Assembly: GCA_963737155.1 (NCBI GenBank)
Contig: CAVTRN010000002.1
Coordinates: 2,432,001-2,496,000, forward strand
DNA length: 64,000 bases
Direction: 5' to 3'
Origin: Nitrospirota bacterium
GTDB lineage: Bacteria; Nitrospirota; UBA9217
Shown: positions 33,605-43,030 of the stretch, in pieces
Layout of the letters: every line of letters begins with the position of its first letter
How positions within the stretch are numbered: position 1 is the stretch's first letter
Made by a program: the position numbers and the translations under genes
Notes under the pieces: model-generated
What the model was told of the DNA's origin: nothing
The model's input: only the letters and a program-made list of their open reading frames with translations
Databases searched by the model: none

Positions 33605-34759
33605 CTATACGATTTCTTCCACCATCTTCCTGAAATGCCCGCAGTTTTCTACCAGGTCAGGACCGTGTTTAAACAGACCGCCGCCGATCAGGAAGATCAG
33701 GTCCTGTCCGTATGTTTCGAGCATCTCGGACACGCGGTCTAGGCTCATGCCGCCGCCGGGAGCGGGGAAAATGGATTTCAGGCTGCCCATGGGAAGAGCG
33801 GTTCCTCGCACGATATCGCTGCACTCCTTGCGGCTAAATGAGAATCGACCACCAAAATTTGGGAAAATCGTTGCGTCCGCACCCGCCAAGCGCGCCAACT
33901 GGCCGAAAATAACACCGTGGGAAATGCCGTTCCGGCTCGTGACAAAGCAACCCTGCAAAGCGGGGTGAGTAAATATCGGCAGCGCTATGCCGTCATCTTC
34001 GGCCAATTCTTTCATCAGATCCATACCTATTAATCCGGGGGCTGCCATAAGGCCGCCCGCTCCGGCACCCTTGGCAAATCTGGCCCTTTTCACTACTTCG
34101 CAGTGAGGAGCCGTGATATTCGCTATATAAATGGCATGGCTACCCGTTTCTCTGCCTGCCCGTTTGACAGCGGCGGCGCAGAGCTCGACTCGTTCCTCGA
34201 AGGGCGAACAGCTTTGATTGCTCAGACCGTGATCATCCTTGACGATGTCCATCCCCCCAAGGACGAAGCGATAGGCAAGGTCGGCAAGCTCCTGTGACGA
34301 AAGGCCCATAGGTTTGAGCGCTGTTGAGAGAATAGGCCTTCTTGGGATGTCCAGCAGCTGCCGGATTCCCTGACGGCCGAAGCGCGGCCCCTTGAATCCT
34401 CTGAGTAGCGCCTCTGGGAGGTCGAGATGTTCCACCCTAATGCCGGGCTTTATACTGCTATTCCCGAATACAACGTTCAGGAACTGGGTCAATTCGCCGG
34501 CAACGATCTCCACAGCATAGCTGATTATTGCGATAAAGCTTTCTTGATCAAACCGCTCAATGTGTTCAACACGGCCAAACACGTGGTCGCGAATGATGCC
34601 TTCCGGAACCTCATCTGCGGGAAATTCCACGGTCTGCTCGATGCAGATGGCCTCAGCCGCGGCACGAGATACTTTCTCGCTTCCGAAAAGACGGTAGGTG
34701 ACGAAGAATCGCTCACCGGAGAAACAGGATTGGGGAGTGCAGGTTTTTTGAATGATCAT
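33605..34759 (-). CDS. RuBisCO-like protein (form IV, KDDH type)
   Basis: ICIEQTVE, FGNSS, GPRFG, TALKPMG, GGMDIVKDDH, PAPGGG, LIGGG. Confidence 0.92.
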   Translation of the reverse strand: MIIQKTCTPQSCFSGERFFVTYRLFGSEKVSRAAAEAICIEQTVEFPADEVPEGIIRDHVFGRVEHIERFDQESFIAIISYAVEIVAGELTQFLNVVFGNSSIKPGIRVEHLDLPEALLRGFKGPRFGRQGIRQLLDIPRRPILSTALKPMGLSSQELADLAYRFVLGGMDIVKDDHGLSNQSCSPFEERVELCAAAVKRAGRETGSHAIYIANITAPHCEVVKRARFAKGAGAGGLMAAPGLIGMDLMKELAEDDGIALPIFTHPALQGCFVTSRNGISHGVIFGQLARLAGADATIFPNFGGRFSFSRKECSDIVRGTALPMGSLKSIFPAPGGGMSLDRVSEMLETYGQDLIFLIGGGLFKHGPDLVENCGHFRKMVEEIV

Positions 34760-34815
34760 CGAACAACTTGGTTAGACAAAATATACAATGTCTTTCATTG
34801 GGTAATGTTTTCTGT

Positions 34816-35001
34816 TTAAGTTCCAGAGGGGACATCATTCCATAGCCCGGCCACTTCCCTAGGATGTTCGGGTTTTTCAAGGGCGTAGACCTTCCTGATC
34901 GCCGCCCGCACTAGCTTTGAAATGGGAACTGTTATTCCCCTGCTTAAACGTTTCAGTACTTGAAATACATGGTCTTCTATATAGAGTTGTGTCCCTTTCA
35001 T
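34816..35001 (-). pseudogene. Ribbon-helix-helix (CopG/VapB-like) antitoxin remnant, no toxin partner
   Basis: MKGTQLYIED...ISKLVRAAI...AGLW pattern; upstream TTGACA and GTATG repeats. Confidence 0.6.
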
Positions 35002-35063
35002 GCAACACCCCTGCGCTCCTTGACTTTATGGATAACATACATCATACGCATTGTCAATGACCT

Positions 35064-37055
35064 TTACAAAGCTTCAGCCTTTGCCACGCTGTGGACCGCT
35101 GTTATGTAAGCTTTAGTAAGCTCCTCTTCGGTAATTTCGAATTTCTGTCCGACCATTGTTTCCACTTCACCGACAAGCGACAACGCGTCCATGCGGTGTT
35201 CCTTTAATAGATACTGTTTGCTCGCACCATGGCTGAAGGTGTCCCGCAGACCAATGCGGACGAGCTTCTTCGCAATGCCCGCTTCAGCCATCTTTTCCGC
35301 TATGATGGTCCCCAGACCACCAACGATGGTATGGTTTTCCATGGTGATAACCCCGAAACGGGATCGGCCGATCGCATCGATCACCGACGCATCCGTAAAT
35401 GGTTTCAAAGTCGAAATATGCATATGCTGAATCGAGAGGCCCTGATTTTTCAGGAGTGGTGTCGCCCTCATAGCTTCCTCCGTCATTATCCCCGAGGTTA
35501 GTATCACAACGTCGTCCCCTTCGGAAAGAACACGTGCTTCTCCCAGCTTCATCGGGCAATCGAAGAGCCGCGGGATTTCGCCCCGAAGCATCCGGACATA
35601 CACAGGGCCATGAATCCCCTTGGTGAGGTCAAGAACAGTCTCCACTTCGGTTGCATCGCCGCACTCCAGTACAGTCATATTCGGTAACGAACGCATGACA
35701 GCAATGTCCTCTATTGCCTGGTGGGTGGCCCCTCCGGGCGTGGTAATGCCTGGGAGAAAACCGATCATCCGGACCGGCAAATTGGAATAGGCAATGGACA
35801 TGGCAATCTGGTCATAGGCGCGGCGATAAATGAAGACTGCAAAAGTGTGTACAAAAGGTATAAACCCCTCGCGTGCAAGGCCGGCGGCGAAACTCAGCAT
35901 ATTCTGCTCAGCTATGCCCATGGACAGGAAGCGATCGGGATATGTCTCGCGAAACAGATCGATTTCAGTTGAACTCGTGAGGTCAGCTGAAAGAACGAGC
36001 ACTTCTGGCTTATCACCAGCCCATTTGACGAGATTTTTCGCATGAACACGAGTCACGATTATGGAGTCCGTTGCTGGCCGTTCCGGATATTTTTCTTTTT
36101 TCTCCATCGATGACACAACCGTGCCAGTAAGTTTCACATAGGCGTTAATATAGTTCTTCTTTTCGTTATCACTCGTGAAACGGACATAGTGCATCTTTGG
36201 CGCCCGAGTCTTCAGTATGTCGATTCCCCTTGCAGCATCTGTGTCAGCAAGCACCACAACCGGACGGCCGTCAGGTGTGAGTGCCCCGGTTTCGGCAATA
36301 CGCTTTATATCATGACCATTTATCCGGAATACCCTCGCACCAAAGGATTCAATCCTCTTGTCGAGCGGCTCGATATCCATTACATTGCACATTTTCCCAT
36401 CGCATTGGAACCCGTTGATATCCACATATATAATCATGTTGTCCAACATGTAATAGGACATGGCCTGGAGCGCCTCCCAGGTCTGGCCTATTTGAAACTC
36501 GCCGTCTGACATGAAGACGAACACTCTGCCCCGTTCGCCCTTTCTCTTTCTGGCCATGGCTATACCTGCTGCCTGACTGATTCCCTGGCCCAGGGAGCCG
36601 GTCATGGTTTCCATGCCCGGAGAATGCTCGGCACCGATCATCTCGACCGAACTTCCGTCCTTATTGAACTGCGAAAGCCCCTCCTCCGCCATGCGCCCCG
36701 TTTCTATTAATGTCGCGTAAAGAACAAGTGCATACTGGGCTGGAGAAAGAAAGAAGCGATCAAAATTTCCACCCGATCCATTGAAAGAGGCTCCAGTGAA
36801 GTAACCCGGATTATCGGGACCGGGCACGCCTGAAAAAGGTTGCGGAACGAGGGGGGTTTTCATTTTGCCGAGGTTCATAATCCGAACATAGAGGGTTGCC
36901 AGTATCTCAGCGGACGAACATGCTTGGGAAAGATACCCCCCGTTGTTCCTGATTGTATGTTCAAGCACACGCCTCCTGATACCGGCTGCAACACGTTGCA
37001 CTTCATCCTGCCACATCGTGGAATCATCTTTACCATGCTTTGATTTCATAACCAA
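35064..37055 (-). CDS. Fused two-domain transketolase-like ThDP enzyme with atypical active site
   Basis: TGSLGQG, SDGE...N ThDP motif, SADLTSST, GIAEQNM, RAYDQI, GGATHQ; N-terminal His motifs replaced. Confidence 0.88.
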   Translation of the reverse strand: MVMKSKHGKDDSTMWQDEVQRVAAGIRRRVLEHTIRNNGGYLSQACSSAEILATLYVRIMNLGKMKTPLVPQPFSGVPGPDNPGYFTGASFNGSGGNFDRFFLSPAQYALVLYATLIETGRMAEEGLSQFNKDGSSVEMIGAEHSPGMETMTGSLGQGISQAAGIAMARKRKGERGRVFVFMSDGEFQIGQTWEALQAMSYYMLDNMIIYVDINGFQCDGKMCNVMDIEPLDKRIESFGARVFRINGHDIKRIAETGALTPDGRPVVVLADTDAARGIDILKTRAPKMHYVRFTSDNEKKNYINAYVKLTGTVVSSMEKKEKYPERPATDSIIVTRVHAKNLVKWAGDKPEVLVLSADLTSSTEIDLFRETYPDRFLSMGIAEQNMLSFAAGLAREGFIPFVHTFAVFIYRRAYDQIAMSIAYSNLPVRMIGFLPGITTPGGATHQAIEDIAVMRSLPNMTVLECGDATEVETVLDLTKGIHGPVYVRMLRGEIPRLFDCPMKLGEARVLSEGDDVVILTSGIMTEEAMRATPLLKNQGLSIQHMHISTLKPFTDASVIDAIGRSRFGVITMENHTIVGGLGTIIAEKMAEAGIAKKLVRIGLRDTFSHGASKQYLLKEHRMDALSLVGEVETMVGQKFEITEEELTKAYITAVHSVAKAEAL

Positions 37056-37239
37056 CCCATCTTCTCCTCAGTTGTGTATATATATAATGAGTGACCAGTA
37101 TGGTTTCCTCACCGGCCTCCGACTCAAGCTATTATTCTGGCTTGACCGAATTGACTGCGAAACATAAAAAAGAAGGCCTCGCATGAACAATCGTTCGCTT
37201 ATCCTTTCATTACAGTAAATCGTTTGTTTAATGGCGTTG

Positions 37240-37268
37240 ATTATCACGCAAGGACTGTTAGGAGTCAA
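37240..37268 (-). promoter_or_regulatory. Putative sigma70 promoter for the transketolase-like/RLP genes
   Basis: TTGACT-17bp-GATAAT on the minus strand. Confidence 0.5.
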
Positions 37269-37295
37269 GACGAAATTAACTTACAGAAGCGGTGA

Positions 37296-37335
37296 TTGAC
37301 ATCCTCCCCGGATGTCCTAAATGACGAGTATTCTC
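37296..37335 (-). mobile_element. Degenerate IS200/IS605 right-end
   Basis: Minus strand reads GAGAATACTCGTCATTTAGGACATCCGGGGAGGATGTCAA, similar to the GGAATCCCC..TTTAG..GGGGAGGATGTCAA end. Confidence 0.6.
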
Positions 37336-37626
37336 GAATCAGGCTCTGCAGATTCTGTTAGCAGACGCAGCAGAGATATTTCCACATCCCAGGTTTATGG
37401 ACCGATGTAGCATATATAAAATAGTCTATACCGGACTGCTCGCAGCTTGAACGTTTGGTGTCAACTATTGACATCCAACCTTGGAATTCATGCTACAAAC
37501 GTGAATATTATATCGTTTAACAGGGCTAATTTCTGCAGGAAAGGATCGTTGGATAGATACTTAATTCCTAAGTCTGCGTGAAAGGCTTCCATTGGAATAA
37601 GTGGAGATATTACTGGATTCAGGAGA

Positions 37627-37675
37627 GGTCAAATCGTCATTCACTAAAATGATGATCACAATCGAAAATTTGACC
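37627..37675. repeat. Short inverted-repeat element (MITE/REP-like)
   Basis: GGTCAAAT...ATTTGACC terminal inverted repeat. Confidence 0.45.
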
Positions 37676-37795
37676 CCTACCTGCTGCACCCGGGAGGACG
37701 GGGCAATTTCACGCCTCTACGCTGATAAAAAAATACGGGAAGGTGTGAGGATATAAATTTTACTTCCCCTCTTTTCCCGTTTGATTCTTCACACG

Positions 37796-39355
37796 CTACG
37801 CTGCTTTTTTTAGATTTGCTTCCATTACTCCTAGCGTGTTCTCATCATAGTCCTCTTGCCGAGTCTCATCTGGTAAACGCTTTATACCCATTGCATCAAA
37901 AATCATAGTCAGAATTACCGAGATGATAAGATTCACTGCTAAAGCATATACCCCCGCATACGCTGGGATTGTCATGCTACCCAAATGGAGCGTATAGATT
38001 GCCGACTTAAAACCGGATGTAGCCACCATTGCTGTTCCGGTGATCATGCCCGCAAACCAGCCTACAAGCAATGCACGATGGTGCAGCCAGCGGGTAAAAA
38101 GACCGAAGATGATCGCTGGAAAGGTCTCCACGATCCAGATGCCTCCCAGCAGCTGAAGCACGATAGCGTACTGGAGCGGCAGGAAAATTACAAAGGCAAG
38201 CGCTCCGAGCTTCACGACCAGCGACACGAGTTTTGCCACCTTGGCCTCCTGTTTTTGCGTTATGTCCGGACGAATGTATTCACGATAGATGTTCCGCGTA
38301 AACAGGTTGGCCGCTGCAATGGACATGATAGCCGCGGGCACGAGTGCCCCGATCACGATAGCAGCAAAACAGAACCCCGTGAACCACGGCGGAAACATTT
38401 TAAGAAACAGTTGGGGAACCGCCTCGTTTGGCGTCGCGGGATGGATGCCAGCTGCAAGAGCCATCAGTCCAAGAAGAGCAATCAACCCGAGAAGAAATGT
38501 ATATGCAGGCAATAGAGCCGCATTACGCTTGATGACGTTGCCGCTAGACGAACTGAGTATGCCCGTAATGGTATGCGGATATACAAAAGCGGCCAGCGCT
38601 GAACCGAAAGCAAGCGTCGCATATGCGCTATAACCGGCGGCTGGGAGGATAAGATGACCTGCGGTCGCTTTTGCTGCAAGCGCCTTATCAGCCAGCCTGA
38701 ATACTTCTGCATACCCACCCAGCGCCGCTGGTATCATCGTTACTGCAGCGATGACCATAAGATAGATCATAGAATCTTTGACCACCGCTATGAGCGCTGG
38801 CGCACGCAGACCACTCGTGTATGTATATAATGCAAGTATCACAAATGCGATGATAAGCGGGAGATCATTCATCCATCCGGCGCCCATTACACCCAGTGCT
38901 TTAATTACGACCTGAATACCTACCAGTTGCAACGCTATGTACGGCATAGTCGCCAGTATTCCGGTAAATGTAACAGCCAGCGCCAAACCGGGCGAACCGT
39001 AGCGTCCGCGCACAAAATCAGCAGGCGTCACAAAGCCATGCTGTTTGGCCACAGCCCACAGGCGCGGCATGGTGAGATAAACAATGGGATAGACTATGAT
39101 TGTATACGGCAGAGCAAAGAAACCCATGGCGCCTAGACCGAAGACAAGCGCAGGGACTGCAATTACCGTATACGCCGTGTAGAAATCGCCCCCGACAATG
39201 AACCATGTTACAAGAGTCCCAAACCGCCGACCTGCAAGTCCCCACTCTTCAATGCGGTTGAGATCCCCTCGCCTCCATCTCGCAGCAACAAAGCCAAGTA
39301 TAGTTACCAACAGGAAGAAAAATACAAATACACCTAATTCAGTCCAGTTAACCAT
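37796..39355 (-). CDS. Sodium:solute symporter, MctP-type monocarboxylate permease
   Basis: EWGLAGRRFG, GGD.YTAYT, TMPYIALQL, SGLRAPA, ALVPAAIMSIAAANL; paired with DUF3311. Confidence 0.9.
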   Translation of the reverse strand: MVNWTELGVFVFFFLLVTILGFVAARWRRGDLNRIEEWGLAGRRFGTLVTWFIVGGDFYTAYTVIAVPALVFGLGAMGFFALPYTIIVYPIVYLTMPRLWAVAKQHGFVTPADFVRGRYGSPGLALAVTFTGILATMPYIALQLVGIQVVIKALGVMGAGWMNDLPLIIAFVILALYTYTSGLRAPALIAVVKDSMIYLMVIAAVTMIPAALGGYAEVFRLADKALAAKATAGHLILPAAGYSAYATLAFGSALAAFVYPHTITGILSSSSGNVIKRNAALLPAYTFLLGLIALLGLMALAAGIHPATPNEAVPQLFLKMFPPWFTGFCFAAIVIGALVPAAIMSIAAANLFTRNIYREYIRPDITQKQEAKVAKLVSLVVKLGALAFVIFLPLQYAIVLQLLGGIWIVETFPAIIFGLFTRWLHHRALLVGWFAGMITGTAMVATSGFKSAIYTLHLGSMTIPAYAGVYALAVNLIISVILTMIFDAMGIKRLPDETRQEDYDENTLGVMEANLKKAA

Positions 39356-39359
39356 GGCA

Positions 39360-39638
39360 TTACCTCCTTCGCGTTGCGAGGTAGACGATACCGGTCAGAA
39401 GTGCGCTCACAATCACCCACACAAACTGGTACCAGTAAAAGAATGGAAAACCAAACAATACCGGATCAGTCTTTGCGTACAGAGGAGGCCACAAAAGCCC
39501 GAGAAAAGGCACAAATAAAAGCCAATTCCACGCCTTCCTAGAAGCCTTTTTTTGTGGGTTTTCTTTTGTTAAATGAGCTATCGGCCGAATGTGAGATGCT
39601 TCCGGCACGATATTAAGATGCCTAAAGAACCGTACCAT
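39360..39638 (-). CDS. DUF3311 small membrane protein (MctS-like partner)
   Basis: PVLFGFPFFYWYQFVW motif; ATG at 39638 after AAGGAGG. Confidence 0.85.
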   Translation of the reverse strand: MVRFFRHLNIVPEASHIRPIAHLTKENPQKKASRKAWNWLLFVPFLGLLWPPLYAKTDPVLFGFPFFYWYQFVWVIVSALLTGIVYLATRRR

Positions 39639-40269
39639 GTTTACCTCCTTCATTCCGCAAGGCAAACACCGCAACTCTTCAAAGGCCGAATATTTCAAAT
39701 AAGGCTAAATTGGTTCGATTTTACGAATTACGCTTTCCGCTCTCACGGCATTGCCTTGTGAAAATTTATCTTCCTCTAATTATTATTATAGCTCATAAAC
39801 AGGATTTATATTGTCTTGTTTAGTCTCCGCTAATAAATAATAAAAATCTCACCTGGTAAATCGATCTTTCTAAAATCCCCCCATACGTAACTTCTCCCTG
39901 CCAGATCAAGCAGACACACATCAGATCTTTTAAACAATCTAGACAAAGCATATTATTATTATCATTATTTCTATCAGTACCGTTTTTTTATAGTAGAAGC
40001 ACCGACGCGCATTCCCTCAGAAGGGAGGCGCAAATCTATCAGTCCATCATTGGAACTGCCATTCATCCTTCGAAAGACTCAGAGTAAATGAGAAGCCTAT
40101 ACAATTTTGTTATTTTATCGATGAAAATAGGCGATATGGCCAATAGAAACTGGCAGTTTTTTAGCAGAATTAGGGTTGGAAAATCGTCATTAACCAACAA
40201 ATGCTCTTCTTTTCTAACCAGAATAACGTGATAGCACAAATAGGAAAACAAGCGAAAGATTGTCCAACT

Positions 40270-40677
40270 GAGCATTGCGCATAAGAGTGAGCGGCCCAGG
40301 GCTTGAGCTTTACGGTCAGACCCATAATATCGTGGATCTCCTTCGACAATTCATACCGGATGATAAATCGCCAATGTCCGATGAGGGTGATCAAGGAGTC
40401 TCAGAACCGCCTTGTTCAAACCGTGGTATATGTTCGAAATACGACCTGATCTTCCTCCATTTCGAATGTCTTCCGGGTGTCCGCGTCCTCAATCCGCCGG
40501 CAGAAAGGGAGATGCCGTACGTTTGAAGCAGCGCAAGTTTGTGGCTCTCCAGATAGATGGCCTTTTTACACTATCAAAAACGTAGTCAGTGCTAAACATG
40601 ACGAAAACAGACCCAACGCGGTTACATGCCTTAAATTTCGCGGACCGTAATAAATCCAATGGAGGCCGCGCTCCCAC
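40270..40677 (-). pseudogene. dTDP-4-dehydrorhamnose reductase (RmlD/RfbD) remnant
   Basis: Frameshifted motifs GPRNL/ACNRVG..VMFSTDYVFD/YLES..LLQTYGIS.SAG/YELSKEI..IMGL.VKLKP. Confidence 0.72.
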
Positions 40678-41244
40678 TCATTTCCCCTCCCACTTTTCGA
40701 AGAAACAAAATTCACGGACCGGCTTCCTCGCCGGACCATTCTTCTTTTCTTCAACTGGATAGCCGAGGGGAAAGAGGCCCACGATCCTGATTGTGGAGGG
40801 AATGCTCAGCAGGTTCTTCAGTTCATCCTCATCGTAGACACCTACGAACACGGTGCCCAAGCCCTGAGCCCGCGCAGCCAGCATCATGTTCTGAGCTGCA
40901 AGTCCAGCATCGACAAGATAGTAGTTCTGGTTCCAGAGCGAACCCGATTGTCCAGGATCGGCGCAGAGAACAATAACCACCGGCGCTTCTGTCAGGGCTT
41001 TCATAGAGGGGTTCGTTTTATAGCCTTTCATCGCAAAATATGATTCCACATACGACAGCGCACTGATCCTTTCCTTTGTCGCGTTGTCCTTAACAACTAC
41101 CAGACGCCAACACTGATAATTGGCCCACGATGGCGCCATGCGAACGGCTTCTAGCACTGCTTCAAGTTTTTCGTCCTCAACAGGCTTATTAGTAGCATAC
41201 TTACGGACGCTCCGCCGTGTTTTAATGGCTTCGAACAGGTCCAT
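40678..41244 (-). CDS. Nitroreductase family protein
   Basis: [35 protein letters not shown]. Confidence 0.92.
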   Translation of the reverse strand: MDLFEAIKTRRSVRKYATNKPVEDEKLEAVLEAVRMAPSWANYQCWRLVVVKDNATKERISALSYVESYFAMKGYKTNPSMKALTEAPVVIVLCADPGQSGSLWNQNYYLVDAGLAAQNMMLAARAQGLGTVFVGVYDEDELKNLLSIPSTIRIVGLFPLGYPVEEKKNGPARKPVREFCFFEKWEGK

Positions 41245-41333
41245 AAATCCTCCTTTTCAGGCCTCTTTCCCGGGACTTGAAAGCAGCCACCAGTCGTGCA
41301 CAGCATCGAGAAGGTGAGACAAACAATTCTGCA

Positions 41334-42185
41334 TCAGACCTTCGTCTGCTCTGTGCTGTCGTTAATCAATTTTTCTTCGGTCACGGTACACTGTTTGTCG
41401 GTAAAGTATAATTTGCTGCCCCGCTTGTGGTGCGCGCTCAAACTGAAGGTTCCCCTTCTGCCGTCAATGATCATCAATTCGACTTCCGGAGACCGACCCA
41501 ATCCTGCATCCGAAAAGTCATCCAGCGTAATCTCTGCTGCTTCAGGACGAGCCGCAAACAAAGCTACCCCGCGGGAGCAGGCATCCTGGATCTCATGCTT
41601 CGCCTTCAGGTCAAAGAAACGCTGCCGGCAGGAGACGAATTGAGGAATAGCGATCGCGGCCAAGACGCCAAGAATGGCTATTACCACGATCGGAACCAGG
41701 ACAACAGCCACGTTGTTTACGCCTCCAGCACGGGCCACAGCAGCCGTACGCTCCACCTCGGAAGCGGGCAGACTCTTTGCTTCGATCAATTTTTTCTTGG
41801 CGTGCCGGTAATAGATATAATTCGCAGACATGCCGAAAGCAATCATGACAAGAAACCCCAGATAGGGCACACACCCGAGAAAAAGTACCAAGAACGCCCA
41901 TCCGTAAAGCTTTCGGTACAGGGTCCACCAGAAGCTGAAGAAGAAGGCGGGCCAATGCCACGTCGCCGAGAAGGAATCCTCGCCGTTCCGTGAAAACTTA
42001 CGGAATTTGACAAGATATTTCCCGGCATTCTTCCCCACGAATAGGGCAAGATCTGCTTCTCGGACAGCAGGCGATGCATAGGGGTTTTGTAAATCTGCCT
42101 GCGCCGAAGACAATTTTGCCCCGCAGAATCGGCAAAAAGTTTCTCCCGCGTTCACTTCCTTCCCGCACTGCCTGCAATAGGGCAT
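41334..42185 (-). CDS. Zinc-ribbon + DUF2628 membrane protein with C-terminal pilin-like domain
   Basis: CRQCG...FCRFCG; WHWPAFFF..W.LYRKLY; VIAILGVLAAIAIPQF. Confidence 0.75.
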   Translation of the reverse strand: MPYCRQCGKEVNAGETFCRFCGAKLSSAQADLQNPYASPAVREADLALFVGKNAGKYLVKFRKFSRNGEDSFSATWHWPAFFFSFWWTLYRKLYGWAFLVLFLGCVPYLGFLVMIAFGMSANYIYYRHAKKKLIEAKSLPASEVERTAAVARAGGVNNVAVVLVPIVVIAILGVLAAIAIPQFVSCRQRFFDLKAKHEIQDACSRGVALFAARPEAAEITLDDFSDAGLGRSPEVELMIIDGRRGTFSLSAHHKRGSKLYFTDKQCTVTEEKLINDSTEQTKV

Positions 42186-42768
42186 GAAAACTACTCCTTG
42201 TCTACAAAGTCAACAACCGCGAAAGCAATTTATAAAAAAAAAGAGACAATGTCAATTATTATTCGAGTATCATTTATTAAGAAATTGACACAAGAGATAC
42301 CATGAAGGTCAAGCCCAGATACTATAGATGGGTTGTTTCGCGGATGTCCTTATCAAGACTTTCGCGTGCTCCGCGCCAATACTATTGCGGCACCCGCGAA
42401 TGGGATTTCCCTCAAACTTTATTGTAGCATCTTTCTATCCTCCGGGTTGTCGTAAACGTTAAAGGATTTTATGCTCCTCGCGAGGACGATGAGTTCATGC
42501 TGGATTTAAGCCGTGCGCGAGAGGACGCCGTAACACCCTATGCCACTATAGATGCTGATCGCAAAGGTGACAGAGATGTTTAATATAATCTCTGGATTAA
42601 TAGTGAAGAATTCATTGATATAATACTAATGTAGTATATGCTTATTTGTAACTTATTGTTATAGTCCCAATTACTTTTCGTTCAATAGAGGACTCAATAA
42701 AGTAAATTTGCAATTGCAGCTAGCTTGCAGAGACTCCACCTTCTAAAGGGAAGAGAATGAGAAACCGC

Positions 42769-42899
42769 AGATTCATCATATGATAATCTTCCTCTAGAGA
42801 CAAACGAACGTTTGCAACGCGGAGAATCATTTTTATGATTCTGGACAGTTTAGCAAAACATGCGAATTCACTTGCATTTTAATTTTTTAATGGTATGCT
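42769..42899 (+). promoter_or_regulatory. Operator-like palindromes and promoter upstream of satP-acs
   Basis: AGAATCAT-TTTT-ATGATTCT (42823-42842), ATCATATGAT (42775-42784), TTGCAT-16bp-TATGCT with a TGn extension. Confidence 0.5.
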
Positions 42900-43030
42900 C
42901 ACGCAATATCACAGTGAAGTTCCGTCTCCCCCTCCTTGCAATATAATCGAATCTGTAAACTTATAGACCTTATGATATAATGATATCTACTCTGTCAATG
43001 CAACTACTCTACTAAAAAAGGAGAAAGAAC

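Noticed and set aside
33605-34759. Carbon-fixing RuBisCO / Calvin cycle
   Set aside because: KDDH instead of KDDE, short length and no prk or cbbS nearby indicate form IV.
37185-37196. GAAC-N4-GTTC resembling a Firmicutes-type LexA box
   Set aside because: Single short match ahead of a metabolic gene; the LexA motif for this lineage is unknown to me.
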